DNA of 64,000 nt from an uncultured Bacilli bacterium (GCA_934096125.1 CAKOLB010000004.1:55117-119116), one strand, 5' to 3'; positions 38,868 to 47,904 are shown, counted from the first letter of the stretch. Made by a program: numbers and translations. The notes: a model not told the origin generated them from the letters alone.

Positions 38868-41136
38868 ACCAAATAGAGGGACTGGAAAAGCTAAGGATTT
38901 TAAGGGAGCGCTTAAAAGACTATTTAAAGAATTAAAAGAGTTTCGAGTGCTAGTTTCTATAGCAATGGTTTTGGCTGTTGTCTCAGCAGTTTTGACTATT
39001 TGTACTCCTAATATTTTATCTGATTTAACGGATAAGATATCTGAGGGACTAGTAATAAATAAAGATAATTTTGAAAAAATTACTAAAGAAGTAACGGGCT
39101 CATTTAGTCAATCAAAAATGGCTAGTATCATGGCGATGGATTTAAGCGATAAAAAAATGATGAGTTTATTTTTAGATAGTAGTATTTCGCCAGAAGATTT
39201 GGAAAGTTTTCAAAAAATAACTAAGTCGCTTCAAAATACTAGTGATGAAAGTGAACAGATGAAGTTAATTGCTAGCATTCCATCTAGTATTTTGGCGAAA
39301 GTTTTAAACCAAGATGATAAAATAAGTATTCAAGATAAAGTAACATTTATTAAAAGTATGGGTAGTGATTTAGTTATTCCTGATAGCATTGCTAGTAGCT
39401 TATTTACAGAGTTTTCTATTGATGGTGTAGTAATTACTAGTAGTGATTCTGCTAGATTTATGGAAATGCTTAGTACGGTAAAGGATGAAGATGTAAGTCT
39501 TTTATATAGTAAACTAGATAAGTTACCTGATAATATAAAAGAAGTAGTAAAGCCTGTTTTGGATATGGTAAAAATTAAAAGTATTGCTCTTACACTTGTT
39601 GTTATTTACTTAATTAGTGCGTTATTTAATTATATTGAATCTATATCTATGACTAGTGTTTCGAATAATTTTGCTCGTCGTATTAGAACAAAAATATCAG
39701 AAAAGATTAATGCTTTACCACTTAAATACTTTGATAAACATGCAACTGGTGATACTCTTTCAAGAGTAACTAATGATGTTGATACAATTGCCCAGTCGAT
39801 GAATCAGTCATTGTCAACTTTAGTAAGTGCTGTAACATTATTCTTAGGAACAGTCCTAATGATGTTTGTGACAAACTGGGTTATGGCATTAACAGCGATA
39901 ATTGCAAGTTTACTGGGATTTATCTTTATGGTGCTTGTTCTTTCTAAATCACAAAAATATTTTGTCGCTAAACAAAAAGGTTTAGGAAATTTAAATGGAC
40001 ATATTGAAGAGATATATTCAGGACTTATGGTAGTAAAAGCTTATAATGGTGTGAAAGATGCAACTGATAAATTTAATAAATTAAATTATAATTTATATAA
40101 TGCTAATTGGAAAAGTCAATTTTTATCAGGTCTTATGATGCCAATGATGGTATTTATTGGAAACTTTGGTTATGTTGCAGTATGTATTGTTGGTGCATTA
40201 CTTGCAATGAAAGGTTATATTAGTTTTGGTGTTATCGTAGCATTTATTGTGTATGTTAGATTGTTTACATCACCTTTATCACAAATAGCTCAAGCGATGA
40301 CAAGTTTACAATCTACTGCAGCGGCAAGTGAAAGAGTGTTTGAATTTTTAGATGAAAAAGAGATGAGTAGTGAAGAAAAAGTAACTAAACATTTAGATAA
40401 AGATAAAGTTAAAGGAAAGATAGAATTTAAACATGTATCCTTTAAATATGATGGTAATGATAAGCCGACGATTAATGATTTTAGTGCTATTGCAAAACCT
40501 GGTCAAAAGGTAGCGATTGTTGGACCTACTGGAGCAGGAAAGACAACCATGGTTAATTTGCTTATGAAGTTTTATGATATTAATGATGGGGAAATACTTA
40601 TTGATGGAGTATCAACTAAAGACTTGACAAGAAAAAATATTCATAGCTTGTTTACGATGGTTCTTCAAGATACTTGGATTTTTGATGGAACTGTAAAAGA
40701 AAATATTGTATATAATCAAAGTGATGCAAGTGACTATGATGTGCGAGAAGTTTGTAAGACTGTTGGGCTTGATCATTTTATTAAGACGTTACCTAGTGGT
40801 TATGATACAGTTATTAGTGAAGATTTGATTTCGGCAGGACAAAGACAACTTTTAACAATTGCTAGGGGAATGATGCAAAATGTGCCTTTCCTAATTTTAG
40901 ACGAAGCAACTAGTAATGTTGATACTAGAACGGAAGAATTGGTTCAAAAAGCGATGGATAAACTTACGGAAGGAAAAACTTCATTTATAATTGCCCACAG
41001 ATTATCCACAATTAAAAATGCAGATTTAATATTAGTTATGAAAGATGGTAATATTATTGAACAAGGTGATCATGAAAGCCTTCTTGCTAAAAAAGGATTT
41101 TATGCTGATTTATACAATTCTCAATTTGAGTTATAG
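38860..41136 (+). CDS. ABC exporter, fused permease/ATPase subunit B, with ~190-aa insertion between TM1 and TM2
   Basis: Walker A GPTGAGKTT, signature ISAGQRQL, and Walker B ILDEATSNVD. Start set to ATG 38860 behind AGGAGG, overlapping the subunit A stop. Confidence 0.9.
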   Translation: MPRPNRGTGKAKDFKGALKRLFKELKEFRVLVSIAMVLAVVSAVLTICTPNILSDLTDKISEGLVINKDNFEKITKEVTGSFSQSKMASIMAMDLSDKKMMSLFLDSSISPEDLESFQKITKSLQNTSDESEQMKLIASIPSSILAKVLNQDDKISIQDKVTFIKSMGSDLVIPDSIASSLFTEFSIDGVVITSSDSARFMEMLSTVKDEDVSLLYSKLDKLPDNIKEVVKPVLDMVKIKSIALTLVVIYLISALFNYIESISMTSVSNNFARRIRTKISEKINALPLKYFDKHATGDTLSRVTNDVDTIAQSMNQSLSTLVSAVTLFLGTVLMMFVTNWVMALTAIIASLLGFIFMVLVLSKSQKYFVAKQKGLGNLNGHIEEIYSGLMVVKAYNGVKDATDKFNKLNYNLYNANWKSQFLSGLMMPMMVFIGNFGYVAVCIVGALLAMKGYISFGVIVAFIVYVRLFTSPLSQIAQAMTSLQSTAAASERVFEFLDEKEMSSEEKVTKHLDKDKVKGKIEFKHVSFKYDGNDKPTINDFSAIAKPGQKVAIVGPTGAGKTTMVNLLMKFYDINDGEILIDGVSTKDLTRKNIHSLFTMVLQDTWIFDGTVKENIVYNQSDASDYDVREVCKTVGLDHFIKTLPSGYDTVISEDLISAGQRQLLTIARGMMQNVPFLILDEATSNVDTRTEELVQKAMDKLTEGKTSFIIAHRLSTIKNADLILVMKDGNIIEQGDHESLLAKKGFYADLYNSQFEL

Positions 41137-41528
41137 AGAGGAAACTTCAGTTCATGCTAAATAAAAAACATATTTAGTTTGAATAGTAAAAAGTGTTAAG
41201 TTTTTCTCTTTTTTTTTACAGTAAATAAGAGTAAAATTTTTAATTATTTAAAAATAAATTAAATATATTAAAAATAATTATATCTATTTTTTTCTTTTCC
41301 AAATGAAATTTTCTTATTACGACAAAAAAACAAATAATTACAACTCATAGAATGATGTGTGATCACTTCAAAAGAAATTTTTTGCTCTTGTTGAATTTTT
41401 TTGCTTGGCGATGATATAAATTACTTAGGTGGTAAGTATTTACAATATAAGAAAATATGATAAACTAGTTATACCAAGTATGACTATAACTTTAAGATTA
41501 AGTTAGTAGTTTAGTGGTGGAGGATGTT

Positions 41529-42089
41529 ATGTTCGAAGTAGAATTAAATTATATACGAAATGAGAGAATAAGGGAGAGTGCTAAAGTTTTAATTGATGGA
41601 TTGCCAGAGTACTTTTTTCGGATTGCTGCCTCTTCAACGGGAAAATATCATCCTGCTTTTGCCTTGGGTGAAAGAGGTTTAGTAAGACATACTAAAGTAG
41701 CGGTGAGAATAGCGTATGAGTTATTTCAGATTATACCTTATGATCGTTTATTTTCTAGTGATGAAAAAGATATTATGATATTAAGTTTATTGATACATGA
41801 TGGAATAAAAAAAGGATTTACTGAAGAAAGATATACTAGGTTTGATCACCCTAATTTGATAGCAGATTATGTGGAGTTAAATAAAGGGAAAACTAGGCTC
41901 AGTGAAAAAGAGATAGATTTAGTAAAGCATGTTTTAAACTCCCATATGGGAAAGTGGAATACAAATCCTTATAGTAAGGTTGTGCTTAAGCTTCCAAATG
42001 ATAAATATCAATATTTTGTGCATATGTGTGATTATTTAGCTAGTCGTAAGTTTTTAAATGTTAATTTTAATGGTGATAATATAGAATAA
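41529..42089 (+). CDS. HD-domain protein
   Basis: GKYHP and LLIHDGIKKG motifs. Start at ATG 41529 behind GGTGGAGG. Confidence 0.6.
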   Translation: MFEVELNYIRNERIRESAKVLIDGLPEYFFRIAASSTGKYHPAFALGERGLVRHTKVAVRIAYELFQIIPYDRLFSSDEKDIMILSLLIHDGIKKGFTEERYTRFDHPNLIADYVELNKGKTRLSEKEIDLVKHVLNSHMGKWNTNPYSKVVLKLPNDKYQYFVHMCDYLASRKFLNVNFNGDNIE

Positions 42090-42200
42090 AGATGGTAATA
42101 GTTGAAATAGCATAAGGTGCTAAGCAGATAAAACAATGTTAAATAATTTTTGGGATATTTCGTTTTTTGAAAAAAGGCATATAATATCTTAGGTGATAAC

Positions 42201-42247
42201 ATGAATGATAGAGCTTTAAAAAAGGTGGTTTTGGATGCCGGACATGG
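42201..42247 (+). pseudogene. split Amidase_3-LysM hydrolase gene, segment 1 of 3
   Basis: ATG 42201 encodes MNDRALKKVVLDAGHG. The frame then enters unrelated sequence and stops at TGA 42270-42272. Confidence 0.8.
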
Positions 42248-42269
42248 GAGATACTGTTATTCTACACAA
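42242..42269. repeat. attL of element 1 (core ACATGG plus P' arm TTATTCTACACAA)
   Basis: TTATTCTACACAA (42257-42269) is the exact inverted complement of TTGTGTAGAATAA at 50551-50563. Confidence 0.7.
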
Positions 42270-42317
42270 TGAATAGAAACTATCAGAACTAGTTGATTTA
42301 CATGAAAATTAAACTTT

Positions 42318-42345
42318 AAAGAGATATTTGAAAAAGTATCTCTTT
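42318..42345 (+). promoter_or_regulatory. perfect 9-bp inverted repeat upstream of mob (candidate oriT hairpin or insulating terminator)
   Basis: AAAGAGATA-N10-TATCTCTTT followed by TTGCATATT, 29 nt before the mob start. Confidence 0.3.
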
Positions 42346-42373
42346 TTGCATATTAAAAAAAAGGGGGAATTAT

Positions 42374-43633
42374 ATGAGTTATGCAATATTTAGAAGTCAA
42401 CCAATAAATACACTACAAGATTTAGCGCAAATTGGTTCACACAATAAAAGAGAAAAGAAAGCTTATAAGAGCAATCCAGATATAAAATTAGATAGAAGTA
42501 AGGATAATATAGAATTAGTAAAATGTGCTGAAAAATATGTTAAAAGATTTTACGAATTAACTAAAGACTATAAAAAAGAACATGAAGAAAGACAAAAGAC
42601 AATGCGAGAAGATAGAAAAAAATCCTATTATAAAATGCTTAATGATGCTAGAAATGTAGTAGCAGATGAATTGTTATTTACAAGTGATAGTTTATTCTTT
42701 AAAGATAAAAGTAAGAAAGAAATATTAAGGTGGGCTAATACTTGTATGGATTTTGTTTATAATGATTTAGGTTATACTAAAGAACAGGTATTACATTCTA
42801 CTATTCATATGGATGAAAAAACACCACACATTCATTGTGTAGTGATTCCACTAGTTAAAAAATTAGATAAAAGAACTAATACAGAAAGATATACTATCTC
42901 AAAAAAGCAATATATCAAAAATAACGAGCATTTAAGTGAATTACAAGATAAATACCATAATAGATTAGTTAAGGCTGGTTTTGATCTAGAAAGAGGTTTA
43001 AAAGGCAGTACAGCAGAGAATATAAATATAAAAGAATTTAAAAAAATGACTAGAAGGTTAGATAAGTCATTAGAGAAAAGTACACTATTATTAAATGATG
43101 ATTATAATGACTTAAAAGTTAAATTAAATAAAAGTAAACCTACAATAACTGGCAAGGAAGTTAAAATAGATAAAGATACTTATCAAACATTAAATAAATT
43201 TATGAGTACGGCTAAAAGAATAATAGAAGATATTCCTAAAACACAATCAATGGTAAAAACTTTAGATGAGTATACCAAAATCTTTAGAAGTACGCAAAGA
43301 GAGAATATTCAATTAAAGAAAGAAGTAAATAGACTTGAATTAGAAAAAGAAGAAATCAAACAAGAAAATAATAGACTAGAAAATCTTATGTATAATTTAC
43401 TTCAAAGATTAAAAGATTTATTTAAAAAAATTCTTCATATAGGTACTGATAAAGAAAAAGATAATGTATCAAAAGAAATAAAGTATCATTATGATAATAA
43501 TTATTATAACGATTTAGATTTATGCTATATTTCTAAGGGAACAACTAAAGAAAGAGATATATTTGAACACATTGGTTATATCAAAAAAGGGTATAACAAA
43601 GAAAAAGAAGAAGATTTTGATATAAATAGATAA
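42374..43633 (+). CDS. mob: MobV-family (Mob/Pre) relaxase
   Basis: N-terminal HNKR motif, HMDEKTPHIHCVVIP (HxDExxPHxH) motif, and a coiled-coil C-terminal half. Confidence 0.8.
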   Translation: MSYAIFRSQPINTLQDLAQIGSHNKREKKAYKSNPDIKLDRSKDNIELVKCAEKYVKRFYELTKDYKKEHEERQKTMREDRKKSYYKMLNDARNVVADELLFTSDSLFFKDKSKKEILRWANTCMDFVYNDLGYTKEQVLHSTIHMDEKTPHIHCVVIPLVKKLDKRTNTERYTISKKQYIKNNEHLSELQDKYHNRLVKAGFDLERGLKGSTAENINIKEFKKMTRRLDKSLEKSTLLLNDDYNDLKVKLNKSKPTITGKEVKIDKDTYQTLNKFMSTAKRIIEDIPKTQSMVKTLDEYTKIFRSTQRENIQLKKEVNRLELEKEEIKQENNRLENLMYNLLQRLKDLFKKILHIGTDKEKDNVSKEIKYHYDNNYYNDLDLCYISKGTTKERDIFEHIGYIKKGYNKEKEEDFDINR

Positions 43634-43699
43634 GTCAAAACAAAAACGGACTTTTTTCGTGGTATAATAAAGAAAAACTTGTTATTTTTGGAGGTAGTT

Positions 43700-45910
43700 A
43701 TGAACAAAGAAAATAAAATTATAAATTTTAAAAATGAAGATTCAAAGAAAAATATTTCTTTAGAATTAGATAAAAAAATGATTTTTATTTACGGTAAAAA
43801 TGGTAGTGGCAAAACAACTTTTTCTAGATCGAACGATTTGGATAAAAAATATGTATTTAATGAAGACTTCGTATATAAAAATGTTTATATAATAGACGCT
43901 GAAGGAGCAAAAATTGATTCAGGTGTTAAAAATAATTTTTCAGAGTTGCTTGTTGGAGAAGATGTTGTTCTATTAAAAGAAAAACAAAATAAATTAGAAG
44001 AAATATATAAAGAATTAAATACTAAAAGTAATGATAATGAAACATTTATCAATTCTAGTTTAGCAAGTAATGGTATTCCAAACAGTTATAATTTTTTAAA
44101 GGAAAAAGTTGATGAAACTTTTAATTATGATGAAACAAAAACAATCGAAGAACAAATGGAGATATATAAGAGCGATTTAGAATTGGAACAGACTATTACA
44201 AATGATAAAGAGTTAGAAATCAATGTGAATCAAATAAAGAAACATGAGAATATTAAATTATTAATAGAAAAAATAAAAAAAATACCATTGTTAGAGGAGT
44301 TTCTTTTTTCAGAGGATTATCCAATACTATTGAAACTTAATTCTGATTTAGACATTATTAATACAAATATTCAAAACATTAAAAGTTTAGAAGAGTTAGG
44401 GAAAAAGAAAAGGGTAGAAAAAAATGATTTTTCTATTATAAGAGATTGTATAACATTACAAGAAAAAGTGGGAACTGATATTTGTGTATTATGTGGTAAT
44501 ACTGAAATTAAAGCAGGTATAGAAGAATGGAAGAAAATATTTCAGGACAAAACAGTAAATTTAAAAACGAAAGTAATATCAGAATTAAATGATATTCTAA
44601 AAAATTGTAAAACTATTATTGATGATAGAAAAGTATATGAACCTGTTGCACCTGGTACTATTAACAATATAATAATATTTATAGGAATTATAGAAAACGC
44701 TTTAAAAGAAGTGAATTTAGGCAATGTTTTAGAAATTAAATATCAAGAAATCGTAAGAGAAAAATATACTGAAGACATTATTCAAAAGTATAAAACTATT
44801 GCAAATTACGTATTAAAGAAATATAAAGATAAAACTATTTTCTTAAATTCATCACTTAAAAGTGTAGGTGGTAAAATAAAAGTAATAAAAGAAAACATAG
44901 AAAAAATTTTAAAGCTAAATGCTGACACCCATAAAGAATCAATAAACTCTATTCTTAAAGATTTGGGATTAGATAAAGAAATAACCGTTGGTGTTGATAG
45001 ACTAGGCGGTAAAATAAAATATTCACTAAATGTAGTTAATAACAATTTATCAAAATTGAGTGATGGGCAAAAACATAAATTAGCTTTGGCAATATTTTTA
45101 AATACTATTAAAAATGAAGATTTAAAAGGTAAAACAGTTGTGTTTGACGACCCTGTTGTTGCGCTTGATGAACTAGGATATCACTTTTTTAAACAATATG
45201 TTATAAAAAATATAATGAATAATCCTAACATAGAAGAATGCCCTAATCTTATTATATTAACTCACAACTTTAATTATCTTTATATACAAACAAGTAATAT
45301 AATAATTAGTCCTAATTTACAAGACAATACAAAAATATTGAAATTAAATTCAGATGGATTTAAAGAATTAGATTTTGAATTGTTTAAATTAGATGATATC
45401 GCATTATTTAAAAAATGCTTAGATAATATTAAGTATGAAGATGAATTGATAGACTTAAGTAGTTTATACAATAAAGTTTTTAGAGAATTTTTGGATTTAA
45501 AACTAAGAATACTTGGAAATCCATTAAATGGTAATCCAGCAGAAGAAATAAAGATAATAGTATCTGATGAACAAACAAGAAAATTGTTGCAGGAACAAAG
45601 TAATAAGTTAAGTAGTTATTCAAAAAATAAAAATATAACAATAGAAGAATCGAAAGAAGGTTTTTGCTTATTATCAGATATGCTAAAGACAATAGGGTTT
45701 GATGAATATATTCTGCCTCAAAACATTGATTCAATTAAAAATATTGTAAAGAGGGAAGAAATAATTTATTCAGATATATTTTATATTATTCATGAAATAG
45801 CAAATATTTTAAGAAATGAAGATAATAAATATAAAAATTATATAAATTATTTAAATCATCCAAGAATATCATTTACTAAAAATATGATGTCAACATCTAT
45901 GGATGCATAG
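43700..45910 (+). CDS. AAA_13 / RloC-PrrC-like ABC-type ATPase with zinc-hook insert (putative anticodon nuclease)
   Basis: Walker A GKNGSGKTT and a long K/E-rich coiled insert with CVLC (CxxC). Signature LSDGQKHKLA, Walker B VVFDDPVVALDE, and H-loop LTHN. The ~200-aa C-terminal domain has FREFLD and YLNHPR. Start at ATG 43700 behind GGAGG. Confidence 0.55.
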   Translation: MNKENKIINFKNEDSKKNISLELDKKMIFIYGKNGSGKTTFSRSNDLDKKYVFNEDFVYKNVYIIDAEGAKIDSGVKNNFSELLVGEDVVLLKEKQNKLEEIYKELNTKSNDNETFINSSLASNGIPNSYNFLKEKVDETFNYDETKTIEEQMEIYKSDLELEQTITNDKELEINVNQIKKHENIKLLIEKIKKIPLLEEFLFSEDYPILLKLNSDLDIINTNIQNIKSLEELGKKKRVEKNDFSIIRDCITLQEKVGTDICVLCGNTEIKAGIEEWKKIFQDKTVNLKTKVISELNDILKNCKTIIDDRKVYEPVAPGTINNIIIFIGIIENALKEVNLGNVLEIKYQEIVREKYTEDIIQKYKTIANYVLKKYKDKTIFLNSSLKSVGGKIKVIKENIEKILKLNADTHKESINSILKDLGLDKEITVGVDRLGGKIKYSLNVVNNNLSKLSDGQKHKLALAIFLNTIKNEDLKGKTVVFDDPVVALDELGYHFFKQYVIKNIMNNPNIEECPNLIILTHNFNYLYIQTSNIIISPNLQDNTKILKLNSDGFKELDFELFKLDDIALFKKCLDNIKYEDELIDLSSLYNKVFREFLDLKLRILGNPLNGNPAEEIKIIVSDEQTRKLLQEQSNKLSSYSKNKNITIEESKEGFCLLSDMLKTIGFDEYILPQNIDSIKNIVKREEIIYSDIFYIIHEIANILRNEDNKYKNYINYLNHPRISFTKNMMSTSMDA

Positions 45911-46068
45911 TCTTTTTTGAAAAATGGATATATAAAGATACATTTTAGTAACACACTACGATATTGACAGAGCCAATAACGATGTGTGCCAAGGGGATTG
46001 TCCCTTTGGAAACCCTATTAGCTCTATCGCCACTTTCATTGCTAAAGCAACAAAACGTGCCACGAGCT

Positions 46069-46103
46069 AAAAAGACTGACAAAAATTAATTGTCAGTCTT
46101 TTC
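46069..46103. terminator. bidirectional hairpin terminator
   Basis: AAAGACTGACAA-N7-TTGTCAGTCTTT perfect 12-bp stem flanked by A and T runs. The stop of the minus-strand XRE gene lies in the loop. Confidence 0.65.
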
Positions 46104-46361
46104 TGATGGAATATCATCAAATAGTTGTCTGATGTCTATTCCTAAAGCATCAGCAAATTTACCTATGGTTTCTAATGTTGGAGTTTTATCAATGCTTAAG
46201 CATTCTAAATCTCGAACATATCCATGAGTCAGTTCAGTTAAATCAGCTAATTCTTGAAGTGTATAACCACGTATAAGTCTGTATTTTCGAATGTTTTTTC
46301 TAACTTGAATAGATAAAATTGTTTTTGAATATCTTCTCATAGAAGTTATACACCTCCTCAC
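46086..46361 (-). CDS. XRE-family HTH transcriptional regulator
   Basis: HTH region LIRGYTLQELADLTELTHGYVRDLE. 91 aa. Confidence 0.75.
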   Translation of the reverse strand: MRRCITSMRRYSKTILSIQVRKNIRKYRLIRGYTLQELADLTELTHGYVRDLECLSIDKTPTLETIGKFADALGIDIRQLFDDIPSEKTDN

Positions 46362-46448
46362 ATTTAAATTATTTCATAAAAATTTTAAAAAATATGTCGC
46401 CTGACAGAAGTTTTTGTGATATAATTAAAATGAAAGGAGACTGCTTTT

Positions 46449-46925
46449 ATGAAGAAATGCAAATATTGTCAAACTGAAATTGACTCAAAAGCAAAAATTT
46501 GCCCAAACTGTAAAAAGAAACAAGGTAAACCAAAATGGTTAATAGCTTTAATTGTTATTATTGTAATAATGATTATTGCATCTGTTGCTGGAGGTAACGA
46601 AGAGAATGCTAAGGAAGGAAATGTTTCAAACGGAGGTAATAAGCCAACAGAAAAATTTACTTATGAAGTAACAAAACAATATGCAGATGAATATGGTATG
46701 TCTTATTATATAGAAGGTAGTGTAAAAAATAATAAGGATAAAGATTATTCATATGTTCAAATTGAATTTGTTTGCTATGATGCAGAAGGCAATAACCTTG
46801 GAACTGCTATTGATAATACAAATAATTTACTAGGAAATCAGACTTGGAAATTTAAAGCAATGGCTATGTTTAGTGATGCTGAAACTGTTGATCATTGCGA
46901 TTATCATGAAATAACAAGCTGGTAA
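46449..46925 (+). CDS. zinc-ribbon / TM / FxLYD-like domain protein
   Basis: CKYC...CPNC ribbon, one TM, and an extracellular beta-rich domain with IEFVCYDAEGNNLG (FxLYD-like). Confidence 0.45.
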   Translation: MKKCKYCQTEIDSKAKICPNCKKKQGKPKWLIALIVIIVIMIIASVAGGNEENAKEGNVSNGGNKPTEKFTYEVTKQYADEYGMSYYIEGSVKNNKDKDYSYVQIEFVCYDAEGNNLGTAIDNTNNLLGNQTWKFKAMAMFSDAETVDHCDYHEITSW

Positions 46926-47035
46926 AATAGTTGGAAGTCTTTTTAAGACTTCTTTTTGTTAGATTTTTTTACCAAAATAGTCGTTTTATATTTGTTTTAT
47001 GTTATAATAATATTTAATGAAAAAAGGGTGGTTTT

Positions 47036-47335
47036 ATGTATCAATTATTGAGTTTATTCAGTTTTCTTATTAGGGCATATTTGTGTTATTGCACAATAGA
47101 TAATATTCCAATATTAGCTAATCCGATATTAAATAGTATTTTAGGGGAAGTAATATCCTTATATACTATTTTGTGGGCAATAAGTTATTTTGTTGTTGGA
47201 AGATTTTATGATAAAGGTTCTGAACCCTTGTTAGGTGTTATTTTATATTTTATTGTATATGTTGTAATTCTGGGAATTACATATTTATTGTTGTTATTAT
47301 TAACATATATTGGAGTTTTACCAATAGTTATATAA
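47036..47335 (+). CDS. small hypothetical membrane protein
   Basis: 99 aa with three hydrophobic segments. No family recognised. Confidence 0.4.
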   Translation: MYQLLSLFSFLIRAYLCYCTIDNIPILANPILNSILGEVISLYTILWAISYFVVGRFYDKGSEPLLGVILYFIVYVVILGITYLLLLLLTYIGVLPIVI

Positions 47336-47364
47336 ATAAAAAAACTTATCGTTGTGATAAGTTT

Positions 47365-47904
47365 TTATAGGTTTATTCTATCATCAGGTAATTTTGAGTA
47401 ATCATATTTTTCAGCACACATTTCTAAATCTTCGTAAATAGAGGTTAATTGTGCTAATATTTTTTCGGGTGGAAGTAATTCTTTATAATAATCATAATCT
47501 TTAAGTAAAAGCATCATTTGGAATATTCTTGTTCTGCAATCAGCAACTTTAGTTCTTTTCTCATAAGAATCTTCTAATAAATCCAATTGAGATTCTCTAT
47601 ATTGTTTTACTAATTCCTTTATATTTTTAGGAGTTTTATGTTTTGAAGTGTCTTTGAAACTATCTAGAATATCACTATAACCAGCAGTAGTTAAAAGAAA
47701 TTCTAAACTTATTTCTAATACTTCAGATAAACTTCTTAACATATCTATATCTGGTTTTTTAATATTACCTTTTTCAAGTTCATTATATGTAGAGTGATGT
47801 GTATTGATTAAACGAGCTACTTTTCTTTGAGAGTAGCCTTTTTTTGTTCTAGCAGTCCTTAATATTTTACTTAATTCTTCAAGATTAGCATTATTATTTT
47901 CCAT
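47365..47904 (-). CDS. XRE-family HTH regulator with C-terminal extension (element repressor candidate)
   Basis: HTH region KKGYSQRKVARLINTHHSTYNELEKGN. Divergent from the HTH_36-like ORF across an operator-bearing intergenic region. Confidence 0.7.
   Translation of the reverse strand: MENNNANLEELSKILRTARTKKGYSQRKVARLINTHHSTYNELEKGNIKKPDIDMLRSLSEVLEISLEFLLTTAGYSDILDSFKDTSKHKTPKNIKELVKQYRESQLDLLEDSYEKRTKVADCRTRIFQMMLLLKDYDYYKELLPPEKILAQLTSIYEDLEMCAEKYDYSKLPDDRINL

Noticed and set aside
38860-41136. The ~190-aa insertion between TM1 and TM2 of the second ABC exporter subunit as a novel domain.
   Set aside because: Extended first extracellular loops occur in some heterodimeric Firmicute ABC exporters. 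Nothing in the sequence points to a new function.
41137-41513. 377-bp extremely AT-rich intergenic region after the ABC exporter, including a 26-codon minus-strand ORF.
   Set aside because: I could find no repeat structure, promoter-terminator pair or coding signal beyond what AT-rich spacer DNA gives by chance.
45983-46090. 35-codon ORF (MCAKGIVPLETLLALSPLSLLKQQNVPRAKKTDKN) in the GC-richer intergenic stretch.
   Set aside because: It has no RBS, ends inside a terminator stem, and has no recognisable family. The region is more plausibly RNA structure or a relic.
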